From the IMG/VR virus record IMGVR_UViG_3300030117_001894, positions 1,915 through 65,914 of that record: DNA of 64,000 bases, one strand, 5' to 3'. Under the pieces are notes generated by a model. The model had not been told where the DNA came from. It did not search any database and worked only from the letters and a program-made list of their open reading frames with translations. Below, in pieces: positions 18,153-27,967 of the stretch. A program made the translations under genes and the position numbers. The stretch is from a virus (taxonomy: Duplodnaviria > Caudoviricetes). The number at the start of each line of letters is the position of its first letter. Position 1 is the stretch's first letter.

Positions 18153-19547
18153 TTATCCTCCAAACTCACTTAAATTCTTGGTGCATAAAGCATAATAACC
18201 TGTGGGTGGTGCGTATTCAAAAGTTCCGTAGTCATTAGCATCACTTGCTGCACTTGATATTGTATAAGCACAATAACCACCAAAGTTATATTGCACTTCA
18301 TCATCTATAGTTCCGTGAAATGGTGCACACATTTTATTTGCTGCATCATATAAAGAACTATCATCTACATTAGTTTGTTCTGTGCCATTAATGTATAAAG
18401 TTATTTGGTTATCATCCATATTTAAAGCTATGCCACAAATATCATTAGCACTTACATCTGTAAACTGATCTACTGAACCATAAGTTTTTGAGCCGCCATT
18501 AAAATATTCTATTCTCGCTGCACCCATTGCAAACTGAAATGTTGAATTTATATCTTGTGGGTCGCTTGCTGCGTAAAAATTATCTCCATCATCAACAGCA
18601 CTAACACCTATATAATGATTAGCAACTTCGATTAATTTACATTCCCAATACCATTTACCTGCTGTTACTGCAAAAGTACCTAATGCACCTGAAACACCTC
18701 CTGTTGAAGTGTCATAGACTGTTGCTCCTTCACTCATTTTAGAATAAGCATACTTAGGTGTTATTAATGGATTAAGCGTACAAAAATTATTAGATGGTGT
18801 GTCTGTAGCTTGATCTGCTGCTGCTATATTATTTTCTGTAAAATCTGTACCACCACTAGCATCATTACCCATATTAGAACTATCTTGAAAGTCTAAAAAG
18901 AATTTATTAGTTCCTGAAGGTTTACCTGATACATTCTTTGCTATCCAAATACCAGTATCGCTATCTGTTTCACCAAATTCTGTAGCTGCTGATGCTGTAC
19001 CATCTTGATAGCATATTTCAGCCATATAGCCACTAAAAGGTGAATCATTATCAATGCTGTTATAACCTATGGTTTGCTTTTCAAAATTTACACCTAAGTC
19101 AGCATCTTCAGCAGGATTATTGGTTGTAGCAAAAGAAGTTTCTTGTACGCCATTTATATATAGTTTTATTCTATCATTCGCTGTACTTTGACTTGTATCA
19201 AAAGCTACAACGATATGATACCAAGCAGAAACATCACGAAAAACTCTATTAGTTTCTCTCCAAACAGTAGAGCCACCTGCAATTTTTAAAGTATCAGTAT
19301 TTTCAAATTTTATATAGGTTCTACCAGTATCACTATCAGTATTGCCAAATGTAAAAAGATACATATGTGCACCAAGCTCTGTTCTTTTAACCCAACAACT
19401 TATAGTTCCTATATCTCTATTACCTTCACTTGATACTGTTCTATGTAAATATTCGGTATTATCAGCTTCAAACTTACAAGAATTATCAACAGCATAAGGT
19501 CCTGTAGATACGCTACCTCTATTCGCTGTTCTCTGTAGGGTTTCCAT
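18153..19547 (-). CDS. LamG/concanavalin A-like plus SPRY-like tail protein
   Basis: TISCWVKR, FRDVSAWYHIVVAFD, KLYINGVQ, GKWYWE and GYYALCTKNL motifs. Confidence 0.75.
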   Translation of the reverse strand: METLQRTANRGSVSTGPYAVDNSCKFEADNTEYLHRTVSSEGNRDIGTISCWVKRTELGAHMYLFTFGNTDSDTGRTYIKFENTDTLKIAGGSTVWRETNRVFRDVSAWYHIVVAFDTSQSTANDRIKLYINGVQETSFATTNNPAEDADLGVNFEKQTIGYNSIDNDSPFSGYMAEICYQDGTASAATEFGETDSDTGIWIAKNVSGKPSGTNKFFLDFQDSSNMGNDASGGTDFTENNIAAADQATDTPSNNFCTLNPLITPKYAYSKMSEGATVYDTSTGGVSGALGTFAVTAGKWYWECKLIEVANHYIGVSAVDDGDNFYAASDPQDINSTFQFAMGAARIEYFNGGSKTYGSVDQFTDVSANDICGIALNMDDNQITLYINGTEQTNVDDSSLYDAANKMCAPFHGTIDDEVQYNFGGYCAYTISSAASDANDYGTFEYAPPTGYYALCTKNLSEFGG

Positions 19548-19548
19548 A

Positions 19549-21126
19549 TTAGGTTTGAGCCATGTTTTGACTTCTGCCTATTTCTTGCCAAACTGATCCG
19601 TTGTATCTAAATGCGAATATATCTGTTTTGGAAGCTGAGGCAGTAACAGTAGGAGCAGTACTTGCTGCAAACTCGAATACAGTATTCCAAGCAACTGTTC
19701 TAGCTGTGCCACCTTGAGCAATTTCAATACTAATGATAGCCCCTTCTACTGCATTACTTGGAGCAGATATGGTTGTGTTTTCACTTGTAACATAATATGC
19801 GTTGGCTGCTGCTGCTGCATCCCAAGCTGTTGCATTAGAGCTTGATGTTATTGCTACTTGAGAAATGTTTGCTGAAGTAGAAGCAGTAACTGTTTTAGCC
19901 ATAGTTACTTTTTGATCTTCATCTATAGCAATCGCTGGTGTTGTACCAACTGTTGAACCTAAACCAATAACTAAATCGTCTGCTGAATCATCTAAACCCA
20001 CATAGTAATCTTGAGCATTGCCGTCAAACACTATTTTAGTGTCAACTGCTGCACCATCACCAATAGTTACAGAATCATCATCTATTGTAAGTATATTGTT
20101 TGTACCTACAGTAGAGCCTTCTCCAATAACTAATTTATCAGCAGAATCATCTAGTGCAACATAAAAGTCTTTGGCATTACCATCATAGACTAATGCTGTA
20201 TCTACTGCTGCTCCATCACCTAAAGTAACTGTATCATCAGTAATTGTAAGAATACTATTTGTTCCTACTGTAGAACCTTCACCGATTAATAACTTATCAG
20301 CACTATCGTCTAAACCAACATAGAAGTCTTTAGCGTTGCCATCAAATACAATCTTAGTATCTTCTGCTCCTGCATCTCCTATTGTAAGAGTAGGAGTTGT
20401 GCCTTTTAAAGCCATAGTTTGAGCAACAATATCACCTGTAGTAGATGAGGCTGCTTGTCCTACACCAATAGATTGAGCAAACTTAATATCTTGGTTTTCA
20501 TCAATTTCAATAGCAGGAGTAGTTCCTACTGTCGATCCAAGACCTATAACCAAATCATCAGCACTATCGTCTAATCCTATGTAGAAATCTTGTGCATTAC
20601 CATCAAAAACTAATTTAGTATCTTCAGCAGTAGCATCACCTATGGTTAAAGTTGTGCCTTTAACATTTAAAGTGTCTGTTATTTGTAAATCAGTTAAAGC
20701 ATCTACAACTGCTGCTCCACTGCCTGCTCCATCTAACATTACAATAGCTACTTTTCCATTAGCAACAGTTACATTAGATCCTGAGCCTTGAGAAATAATT
20801 ATATTATAAGGTCCACTACTTCCTGAATCGGTGGTAGCATTTTCAATTATTTGTACTCTTTTCATGGTATTTGGACCAATCGTTATAGTACAGTCAGAAT
20901 CTAAAGCACCTGTGTATTTAAGGTACATTGCTCTACCTGCATCAGAGCTTCCATCTGCTACAGTAGTAGTATGAGTATCAGCATTTGATGTTATAGCTTC
21001 AGTACCATAGCCTAAAGCCTCACCAATTAATTCTAAGTTAGTATTAGTTGTTGTACCCCATGTGCCACTAGCATCACCAGTGTCCATTTCATTGAGTCTT
21101 AAATTGTTTACGTATGTACTCGCCAT
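19549..21126 (-). CDS. Tail fibre protein with four ~53-aa internal repeats
   Basis: N-terminal GTWGTTTNTNLELI anchor; repeats GD..A.DT..VFDGNA.D.Y..LDDSAD.L.IG.GSTVGT. Confidence 0.75.
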   Translation of the reverse strand: MASTYVNNLRLNEMDTGDASGTWGTTTNTNLELIGEALGYGTEAITSNADTHTTTVADGSSDAGRAMYLKYTGALDSDCTITIGPNTMKRVQIIENATTDSGSSGPYNIIISQGSGSNVTVANGKVAIVMLDGAGSGAAVVDALTDLQITDTLNVKGTTLTIGDATAEDTKLVFDGNAQDFYIGLDDSADDLVIGLGSTVGTTPAIEIDENQDIKFAQSIGVGQAASSTTGDIVAQTMALKGTTPTLTIGDAGAEDTKIVFDGNAKDFYVGLDDSADKLLIGEGSTVGTNSILTITDDTVTLGDGAAVDTALVYDGNAKDFYVALDDSADKLVIGEGSTVGTNNILTIDDDSVTIGDGAAVDTKIVFDGNAQDYYVGLDDSADDLVIGLGSTVGTTPAIAIDEDQKVTMAKTVTASTSANISQVAITSSSNATAWDAAAAANAYYVTSENTTISAPSNAVEGAIISIEIAQGGTARTVAWNTVFEFAASTAPTVTASASKTDIFAFRYNGSVWQEIGRSQNMAQT

Positions 21127-21147
21127 GTTTTATATCTCCGTACTTTC

Positions 21148-21160
21148 TTGATTGTATATG
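21148..21160 (-). promoter_or_regulatory. Putative late promoter CATATACAATCAA
   Basis: Identical 13-mer at 25895-25907; intergenic, upstream of the tail fibre gene. Confidence 0.55.
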
Positions 21161-21175
21161 GTTTTTATCAAAATG

Positions 21176-21703
21176 TTAAGCAACTTCTTGCCAGTTAGGT
21201 GATTGAGAATCAGAAACAACTGACCAATCGGTAGTTACTCCTGGAACTACTTCTCCCCAAACGGTTAACCCACCTAATGCTGTTGTTGCTAAAACGTTAG
21301 TAGGATAAACCGTTGCTGTTGCTCCTACTGTTACGCTTCCAACGGATCCTGTTGCTGCTCCTAAAGTTATAGGAAGAACATTATTAGTTACTAAACCTTC
21401 CGTTCCTAAAGCTGTTGTTCCAACAACATTAGTTATAGCTACTTCAGCAGTACCTGTGGCAGTTTCAGTACCTAATGCAGAAGTACCTGCTAAACCAGTA
21501 ACTCCTGTAAGAGCAACACCTGTAGCAGTTGCTGTTCCTACTGCTCCTGTAGCATTAACTCCTGTTTCTGCTACATTTGCGTCTCCTGTTACAGTTTCGG
21601 AACCTAAAGCAGAAGTTCCTGCTAAGCCCGTTAGAGCAACAGAAACAGCTGTAGCCCCCCATGGACCTGAGCCCCAAGTACTTCGACCCCAACCAGTAGC
21701 CAC
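21176..21703 (-). CDS. Gly/Thr/Ala-rich tail protein
   Basis: GWGRSTWGSGPWG N-terminus; repeated LAGTSALG. Confidence 0.55.
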   Translation of the reverse strand: MATGWGRSTWGSGPWGATAVSVALTGLAGTSALGSETVTGDANVAETGVNATGAVGTATATGVALTGVTGLAGTSALGTETATGTAEVAITNVVGTTALGTEGLVTNNVLPITLGAATGSVGSVTVGATATVYPTNVLATTALGGLTVWGEVVPGVTTDWSVVSDSQSPNWQEVA

Positions 21704-21711
21704 TTAAATTC

Positions 21712-22143
21712 CTACGCTATTCTTATAATCGCGTTAGATGCGTCTGCTGTTGGGAAGGTTATTGTAAAACTACCTGCTGTAGATGTTTTATCTCCGCCAA
21801 AATCAAACACAGCAACTGCGGGATCACCTGATTGTGTATCATTATAGATCATACACCCTCTTGCTGTAACAGTAGCTGTACCAAAAGTTAAGTCAGCAAA
21901 GTCAGTAAACCCTGTTGTTCCTGAAGATGTTGGATTAATATTGGTTAATGCTGCACCGCCTGCAGTGTAATTTGTTCCTGATGCCTCTTGACTTGTGCTG
22001 TATGCTGTAGTAGCCGCAGTCATTGTTGCTGAACTTGTGTATAAAGCTAGTTTGAAAGAATTACCGCCAGAAGCAAGAAAATTATGTTTCCCTTCTAATA
22101 ATTCTTTTTTAAAGCTCGTACACATTGCTTGTGTTATTGCCAT
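21712..22143 (-). CDS. Virion structural protein
   Basis: MAITQAMCTSFK...FKLALYT family; synteny. Confidence 0.6.
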   Translation of the reverse strand: MAITQAMCTSFKKELLEGKHNFLASGGNSFKLALYTSSATMTAATTAYSTSQEASGTNYTAGGAALTNINPTSSGTTGFTDFADLTFGTATVTARGCMIYNDTQSGDPAVAVFDFGGDKTSTAGSFTITFPTADASNAIIRIA

Positions 22144-22433
22144 TATAGTCTCCTGATAATATTAGCTAAGTCTTTTTGACCTTGCTGTTCTAATTGATTA
22201 CCTATTGTACACATATGGTTTTTTATCGCCTCTTGCATATAATAGCTAACTATCTTTTTACACGCATCTCTAAATGCATGAGCTTGTGCCCTTATGGGTG
22301 CAGGAGCTGTATCGCTCACAGAAATTATTTTGTTAACCGCCATTTCAGAAACTTCTTCGACACTATGTCCTCTGTTGTCTGTGGTGGTTACTCCTAAACT
22401 GCCTACTTCTAAATCTGATCTTAAAGAAAACAT
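22143..22433 (-). CDS. Hypothetical protein
   Basis: Coupled ORF. Confidence 0.6.
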   Translation of the reverse strand: MFSLRSDLEVGSLGVTTTDNRGHSVEEVSEMAVNKIISVSDTAPAPIRAQAHAFRDACKKIVSYYMQEAIKNHMCTIGNQLEQQGQKDLANIIRRL

Positions 22434-22434
22434 A

Positions 22435-23163
22435 TTAATACTCTTTCGGTTCTACAGAATTCAATTCTTCTAAATCATGTCTATTAATCATTCCTACAGG
22501 TTTATTTTTTGGTTCCATCTGTACTTCAGATAATTTACAAACATTCATATCTTTACCGTCTTGATAAACAATCTTAGGATCATCAAGTCTATGATAACCG
22601 TATAGTTTCTCATGTAAAGGAATATCCATATCTAACAAGGTTGATCTAGGAGCAACTTCTATCTGCATTCCTGCATCAACACATTTAGATAACCAAAACT
22701 CAGTGCATGATCTACCTGCTTCTGCAAAATGCATATTGCTTCTATAAGTAAAATCGATCCCAAATAATGAAATTTTACCAACCTTACTCCATAAAGCAAA
22801 AGCTATAGCGTATGGAATAGTATTATTAAAATAAGAACAACCTAAATCATGTACAACAAGTTCTATGGGATATTCTATAGCCGCGGGGACTCTCTCGTCT
22901 AATTCACAAGTGTAAATAGGAAAATTACATTTAGGTAACTTCTTTCTCATCATAGAAGTCATATTTCCTGCGTCTTCCGTATCAAAAAATCTACTCATCG
23001 GGTCTAAAATAAAAGCTCTATCGATATCAGGTAAAACACCAATCATTGCATTTATAGCCCAAACCTCATCAAACTCTACACTATGTGTTTGCGAAAGATG
23101 GAAATCTAGTTGACTTTGCCCCATAGCAACTATTGCAACGTTTTTACCTTCTAGTTCTTTCAT
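22435..23163 (-). CDS. Glycosyltransferase-like protein (sialyltransferase/Maf-like Rossmann fold)
   Basis: VAIVAMGQS, EVWAIN and ISLFGIDF motifs. Confidence 0.5.
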   Translation of the reverse strand: MKELEGKNVAIVAMGQSQLDFHLSQTHSVEFDEVWAINAMIGVLPDIDRAFILDPMSRFFDTEDAGNMTSMMRKKLPKCNFPIYTCELDERVPAAIEYPIELVVHDLGCSYFNNTIPYAIAFALWSKVGKISLFGIDFTYRSNMHFAEAGRSCTEFWLSKCVDAGMQIEVAPRSTLLDMDIPLHEKLYGYHRLDDPKIVYQDGKDMNVCKLSEVQMEPKNKPVGMINRHDLEELNSVEPKEY

Positions 23164-23816
23164 GTTTGTGGCTGTATTTTAAGTTGATCGTTTCGAGCTT
23201 CGTCTCGAACGTCTTTATACTCGCCCAATACTTTCAATAAAGCTAAAGCTTCTTGAAACTTTTGTTCATATAACATAATAGTTTCAGGAGCTTCTTTCAT
23301 AAACACAGCTCCTTCTACTAAAGCTCCGTATAGCATAGCATTAGGAGCATTATCAGAAAGCCATGTTTGATTATCATTCCCAACGGTTGTAAGAGAATTA
23401 GGTCTATAATTATAATGTAGTTCAAAATCTAACGTAGCGTTAGGTGTGGGGGCTAGTAAAAAAGTATTGTCATCAAACTGAGAATAATATAAAGGTAATC
23501 CTTCTGTTGAGACTGCAGGAGTATAATCCCTAATCCAGGAAACGTGTTTTAATAATAAATAACTGTAATTACCTGAACTATCAATTAAAGCTAAACTAAA
23601 GGGCGATAAAAAATCTGAGGGGGTTGCTAAATAAGTATTACCTTGTGTAGCACTACCTGTAACGTTTTTACGAAAAACAGGAAGTTGTACTCCTTTTAAA
23701 ATTCTTTCTTCTGTTGTTTGTATAAATGTATCTAAATTATTAACAAAAGTAGTTTCTGTATTATCTAAATAATCTTGTATTGCTGTTTTTAATGTTGCGT
23801 ATGTAAATCCTGCCAT
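23160..23816 (-). CDS. Head-tail adaptor / tail tubular protein A-like
   Basis: TYATLKTAIQDY...LAPTP...YGALVE motifs. Confidence 0.65.
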   Translation of the reverse strand: MAGFTYATLKTAIQDYLDNTETTFVNNLDTFIQTTEERILKGVQLPVFRKNVTGSATQGNTYLATPSDFLSPFSLALIDSSGNYSYLLLKHVSWIRDYTPAVSTEGLPLYYSQFDDNTFLLAPTPNATLDFELHYNYRPNSLTTVGNDNQTWLSDNAPNAMLYGALVEGAVFMKEAPETIMLYEQKFQEALALLKVLGEYKDVRDEARNDQLKIQPQT

Positions 23817-24193
23817 TAGTCTCCACCTGCTTCTAAAGTACCTATTTCACCTGTTCCAAACTCTCCTTCAAACACATCACCGATAGGATCATCGGTAAAA
23901 GTCATTGTTCTAGTTCCGTTAGGACTTGTTGTACTATTGATAACTGCCGTTGAAGGATCTGTTGTAGTAACTACACCTAAACCTGCTTGTGGTAAAGGAA
24001 CATCAGGTCTAGGTCTCCATAAAAGTTCTGCATCTGCACCTATACTAGGAGGATCTAATTGCGGGTGTTTAGGTTCGTAACACTCTTGACAAACTCTATT
24101 ATTTTCCCAAGTGCCTCTAGCTTCTTTATAAGGGTATCTAAATCCGCAAGTATCGCAGATAAAGTAAGCATATTTTCCTGAAGCGTAAGCCAT
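23816..24193 (-). CDS. Zn-finger-containing hypothetical protein
   Basis: CDTCG...CQEC and EPKHPQL. Confidence 0.6.
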   Translation of the reverse strand: MAYASGKYAYFICDTCGFRYPYKEARGTWENNRVCQECYEPKHPQLDPPSIGADAELLWRPRPDVPLPQAGLGVVTTTDPSTAVINSTTSPNGTRTMTFTDDPIGDVFEGEFGTGEIGTLEAGGD

Positions 24194-24864
24194 TAGATAT
24201 ACTCTTGTTTAGGAACTAATCTTATATTAGAACGATCTTCATCATAACGTAAAGCGTTAGCTAAATCTCTTTCATATAAATCTTGTATAACAGGAAGTTT
24301 CTGAACGTTTTTCTTTATACATAAATAATAAGCTAACCCAGATACTAAGCAAGGCATAAACCTTGTAGGTATATCTACATCATTAAGAGAAGCCGCAGCA
24401 TCTTCTATCGTACGCCAAACATAGTAAATGAGTTTATCCGTTGAGTTCTCGGGCGTTGGATAAAGATGGATAGCAGGAGACTTTTTACGTTCTAACCAAA
24501 ATTCTGTAGAACGTGCTTTAGTTGCTTTATTAGGAACACCTATATATTCGTTTCGATCTATCCTATCTAATGGGTAATCTGTTACTACACCACTTACAGT
24601 TTTTTGAATATAAGCGTCTAAAATATCAATATCATACGAATTAATCGTATACTCACTAGTACCTTCTGTAAGAGTTAACTCTACTTTAGTTACTTCCCAC
24701 ATTTGAATACCTCTGTTTGACCAATCGGCAAACATTATATTCATAGAACGACGTGCTGTAACAGCATCATAAGACGTACGAGCTTCTAATCCTGCAAGTT
24801 CGTACGCCTCTTCGATTGCGGTCGCTACATCTAAACTAAATGCACGAGTTCCCGAGGTTGCCAT
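24193..24864 (-). CDS. Head-tail adaptor protein
   Basis: IEEAYE...ARRSMN...WSNRG...LYPTP...GLAYYL family motifs. Confidence 0.65.
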   Translation of the reverse strand: MATSGTRAFSLDVATAIEEAYELAGLEARTSYDAVTARRSMNIMFADWSNRGIQMWEVTKVELTLTEGTSEYTINSYDIDILDAYIQKTVSGVVTDYPLDRIDRNEYIGVPNKATKARSTEFWLERKKSPAIHLYPTPENSTDKLIYYVWRTIEDAAASLNDVDIPTRFMPCLVSGLAYYLCIKKNVQKLPVIQDLYERDLANALRYDEDRSNIRLVPKQEYI

Positions 24865-24867
24865 GGT

Positions 24868-25293
24868 TTATGAACCTGGAGTTTCGTAATACTTTAAAAA
24901 CTCGCACCAAACAGTGTATTCATTACCTGCGTCAGACGTTGAAGGAATAACTAAAAGTACATCTCCCGAATATCCTGTTGCTGCTGTATTCTTTAAACCA
25001 CCGATATCACTAAAATCAAATGAATTATCGTAACCAAGTGTTAAAAAAGTTACATCTGTATCTGCATCCCAATCAAGAGAAGCGGGAGCATCAGGAGCTC
25101 CAGTACAGGTGTACCAAATTTTATTTAAAGAAACGTGTGCACATGAATTACCGTTTAATGTTGAAGCGTTTAAAGCAGAAACGTCTACTAAGGTTGTACT
25201 ACTAGCACTTCCGTCTGATAAAACAGAACAGTAAACAATAAGTTTTTTCTCACCATCTAATTGATTAGTTGGTCCTGTGACTGTATTAGCCAT
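24868..25293 (-). CDS. Hypothetical virion protein
   Basis: ORF in head operon with SD. Confidence 0.55.
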   Translation of the reverse strand: MANTVTGPTNQLDGEKKLIVYCSVLSDGSASSTTLVDVSALNASTLNGNSCAHVSLNKIWYTCTGAPDAPASLDWDADTDVTFLTLGYDNSFDFSDIGGLKNTAATGYSGDVLLVIPSTSDAGNEYTVWCEFLKYYETPGS

Positions 25294-25305
25294 AGTTTAC
25301 CTCCC

Positions 25306-25812
25306 TTATGCGTCAGCAAACGGTGTAACTAAAGTTCCTGAGCCTAGTATTATGCCTTCTACTGCGTATTTAGCACTTGCCATAGCAGTAACTTTAACGA
25401 TACTACCTGCAAGTCCGCCTTTAGTAGAACCATTCATTGTGATAACATCGTTAGATGCACCAGAAATAAAAGTTTTACCTGTTGCGTCTGTTACACCAGT
25501 GTAAAGCCCACCTACAAACTTATCTGTACCATCTGTTAAGATGTCCATGTCCGTTGCAGCAGTCTCTACTACGAAAAAGAATGAAGCACCTAAGTTATTT
25601 GTTTGATTAGGATCATCATCTCGTCCTGGAGCAGTAGCTACAATACTAGGTAAAGTAAACTTACCGTCTGCGTCATTACAAGTTAATATTTTTCCTGCGT
25701 GGGAAGCCACTGTCAGGGATGTGTCTGCAGTTAAACTAACAATGTTAGCGTTACCTGCTGATATAAATCCTGCCAATGATTGGACAGGACCCGAAAAGGT
25801 TGATTTTGCCAT
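25306..25812 (-). CDS. Head-associated (decoration/fibre-like) protein
   Basis: MAKSTFSGPV N-terminus; directly downstream of the MCP. Confidence 0.55.
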   Translation of the reverse strand: MAKSTFSGPVQSLAGFISAGNANIVSLTADTSLTVASHAGKILTCNDADGKFTLPSIVATAPGRDDDPNQTNNLGASFFFVVETAATDMDILTDGTDKFVGGLYTGVTDATGKTFISGASNDVITMNGSTKGGLAGSIVKVTAMASAKYAVEGIILGSGTLVTPFADA

Positions 25813-25831
25813 AATTTCCTCCTGGAAATAA

Positions 25832-25873
25832 GTTCTACAGTCTCGGCTTGTCTGCTAGGTCAGTCTATAGAAC
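25832..25873 (-). ncRNA. Structured leader RNA downstream of the Mu-gpT-like capsid gene (candidate Mu-gpT-DE motif)
   Basis: 9-bp stem GUUCUAUAG/CUGUAGAAC with inner CUG/CAG hairpin; location matches that described for Mu-gpT-DE. Confidence 0.4.
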
Positions 25874-25894
25874 AGGTTAATAAATCCTAGTCTT

Positions 25895-25907
25895 TTGATT
25901 GTATATG
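25895..25907 (-). promoter_or_regulatory. Putative late promoter CATATACAATCAA
   Basis: Identical to 21148-21160; lies just after the MCP terminator. Confidence 0.55.
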
Positions 25908-25916
25908 ATTGCGAAT

Positions 25917-25947
25917 AAAAAGAAAAGGGGAACCGAAGTTCCCCTTT
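25917..25947 (-). terminator. Rho-independent terminator after the major capsid gene
   Basis: AAAGGGGAAC-UUCG-GUUCCCCUUU followed by a U tract. Confidence 0.9.
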
Positions 25948-25967
25948 AAGATATTCACGTTAATGAA

Positions 25968-26876
25968 TTAGGCTCCTGGTGAACCGAAGATACCTCTCCA
26001 GTCACTCCAACCAAAGCTGTAACGTTCTCTTGCCTTGTATCTTACGTTACCAGTTTCGAAGTCACCTTCCATACTAGTAGATACAGGAGTTCTAACGAAA
26101 TGTTTTAATCCGTTAGGAACATCAGTTTTGATGAAGAAAGCATCAGTATCTGTTAGATAATGATTTACAACGTAGCCTTCTGAGACCATTCCCATATTTC
26201 TAATTGCATTAATATCATTATCTGAAGTACCAACTCTTCCTGGAGTTTCCATTAATCTATCCGCTACGAATTGCAAAGCAGGGGGAATAATTAATTTCTT
26301 TGCTTGTGCATTCACTTTAAGGTTTCTTTCATCCTTAAACCCAGCGATATCAATCAATGATTGCTCTAAAGAAGTTTCATTAAGATCAGCAGCTGTAGAA
26401 AGCTCGTTTGCCAAATCAACATTTCCAACGGTTGGATGGTCTGTAGCACAAAGCTCTTTTCCATCACCGCCAACGTAAGATGAACTAAAAGCATTGTTTA
26501 AAACATTAGCTGCTTTAACTTGCTTAGTTTGTTGCATCGAACGTGCTAGTGCTCTTGTGTATCTTGAAGAAAGAGTGTCATAAAGGTTATCCTCTATGGC
26601 TTCTTCAGTTAACGCAAAAGCTAATGCGATTGTTTCATGTGTAAAACGCGCAGTCCAGGATTCTTGAGCTGTGTCATAAATGACTGCGGCTCCTTCTCCT
26701 TTAGTCGGTGCTTCACCAAATCCACTTAACATCACTTCTTCCTCAAAAGCCCTTTCGGAGTTCTCAGTATCGAAGATGTCTTCGTGCTCGTTATTATACC
26801 TCTCATACTCTAATCCAAAGAGAGCATGGAGTCCAGGAACTAGTTCTTTAACTAGTTGTGCTCTGTTAATTGCCAT
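25968..26876 (-). CDS. Major capsid protein (Mu gpT-like, HK97 fold)
   Basis: MAINRAQLVKELVPGL...SERAFEEE...YKARERYSFGWSDWRGIFGS; strong terminator follows. Confidence 0.9.
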   Translation of the reverse strand: MAINRAQLVKELVPGLHALFGLEYERYNNEHEDIFDTENSERAFEEEVMLSGFGEAPTKGEGAAVIYDTAQESWTARFTHETIALAFALTEEAIEDNLYDTLSSRYTRALARSMQQTKQVKAANVLNNAFSSSYVGGDGKELCATDHPTVGNVDLANELSTAADLNETSLEQSLIDIAGFKDERNLKVNAQAKKLIIPPALQFVADRLMETPGRVGTSDNDINAIRNMGMVSEGYVVNHYLTDTDAFFIKTDVPNGLKHFVRTPVSTSMEGDFETGNVRYKARERYSFGWSDWRGIFGSPGA

Positions 26877-26891
26877 TATTTATCTCCTTGG

Positions 26892-27431
26892 TTAGACAGC
26901 AAAGGTGCTAGTTGGGAATGTGAATAATCCTCTCGCATAAGCCCCTATTGAGTTGCTTGGTTGCGAAGCGAATCCCACACATAACGCCACACCACTTGAT
27001 GTTGTTGCAGTTGCCCCTTCCTTTGATCTACCAGTAGTAGAACTACCAGCAGTTGTAGAAAGAGTATATTTATTACCGATAAAGCTTACTGCTGGTGTTC
27101 CAGCTGTAAATTGAGCTTCGTAAACGATTCCAGGATCGTTATAAACGAGAGCTTCTGCATCGGCACTTCCTTGAGTTGCAGTTGACGCAGTCCAAACTTT
27201 AGAAAAAGTTGGAGTTCCGTCAGATGCGGTATAGTATACCCCGTAAAACACACCTATAGGAGTGCTAGTCGCGCCTGCTTGATTAACGTAACCGCTTGAA
27301 AGAGTAACGACATCACCGCTATAAATAGCAGTTCCGTAGCCACTAGCGATTCTCATTTTTGCAGGACGAATAACACCACCATACATATGATACGCAGGGG
27401 TAAAACCATCTGGTTTATCTGTATTAGCCAT
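26892..27431 (-). CDS. Capsid cement/decoration protein
   Basis: MANTDKPDGF...IYSGDVV...GVFYG; between scaffold and MCP. Confidence 0.6.
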   Translation of the reverse strand: MANTDKPDGFTPAYHMYGGVIRPAKMRIASGYGTAIYSGDVVTLSSGYVNQAGATSTPIGVFYGVYYTASDGTPTFSKVWTASTATQGSADAEALVYNDPGIVYEAQFTAGTPAVSFIGNKYTLSTTAGSSTTGRSKEGATATTSSGVALCVGFASQPSNSIGAYARGLFTFPTSTFAV

Positions 27432-27468
27432 TGTTTTCTCCTTTGTCTATATACATTGTTATTATTAA

Positions 27469-27966
27469 TTACTTTGCATCGGCAGGTTTGCTACCGAAGG
27501 CAACTTTAGAAGTCCTTTGGATGTCTCCATCTTTAATAGGCATTCTAGCGTCGCTTTCTCGCATATAGTTCTGATCAACACCTTGCATCGCGGAATCTGC
27601 TTGATCTTTAAAATAAGCATTACGCTCTGCTGCAGTTTCAACTGGAACTTTAGCAAGTATTAGTCCTCCGACTCCAATTACTCCAGTGTTACTACCACTA
27701 TCAATCGTAGGAGCTTCGAAATCAGGATAATCTTCTGCTCTCACAGGTTCATATCCTTCTCTAATACGTTTAGACATATTAGATTTATCATCCACTCCTC
27801 TGGTAGCTTCACGAATCCACCTGAACTGATATCCAGGAGGAGCTTCGGGTGCGTCTAACATAGACGGGGGAGACCAAGGGGTTCTGCGAGTTTGAGAGGC
27901 TCGTGTCTCGGCAGATCTAGAGTTACGATCTGATGTGACTTCTGGGGTTTTATTTTCTTCTGTCAT
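27469..27966 (-). CDS. Conserved head-module hypothetical protein
   Basis: WSPPSMLDAP...FRWIR...EGYEPV...GGLILAKVP; likely start MTEENK. Confidence 0.65.
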   Translation of the reverse strand: MTEENKTPEVTSDRNSRSAETRASQTRRTPWSPPSMLDAPEAPPGYQFRWIREATRGVDDKSNMSKRIREGYEPVRAEDYPDFEAPTIDSGSNTGVIGVGGLILAKVPVETAAERNAYFKDQADSAMQGVDQNYMRESDARMPIKDGDIQRTSKVAFGSKPADAK

Positions 27967-27967
27967 T

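Noticed and set aside
17058-19547. Split or frameshifted single tail gene, or stop-codon readthrough
   Set aside because: The second ORF has its own GGAGG SD and ATG immediately after TAA, consistent with two genes
17058-21126. Diversity-generating retroelement acting on tail fibres
   Set aside because: No reverse transcriptase and no adenine-specific TR/VR pair seen; the repeats are ordinary coding repeats
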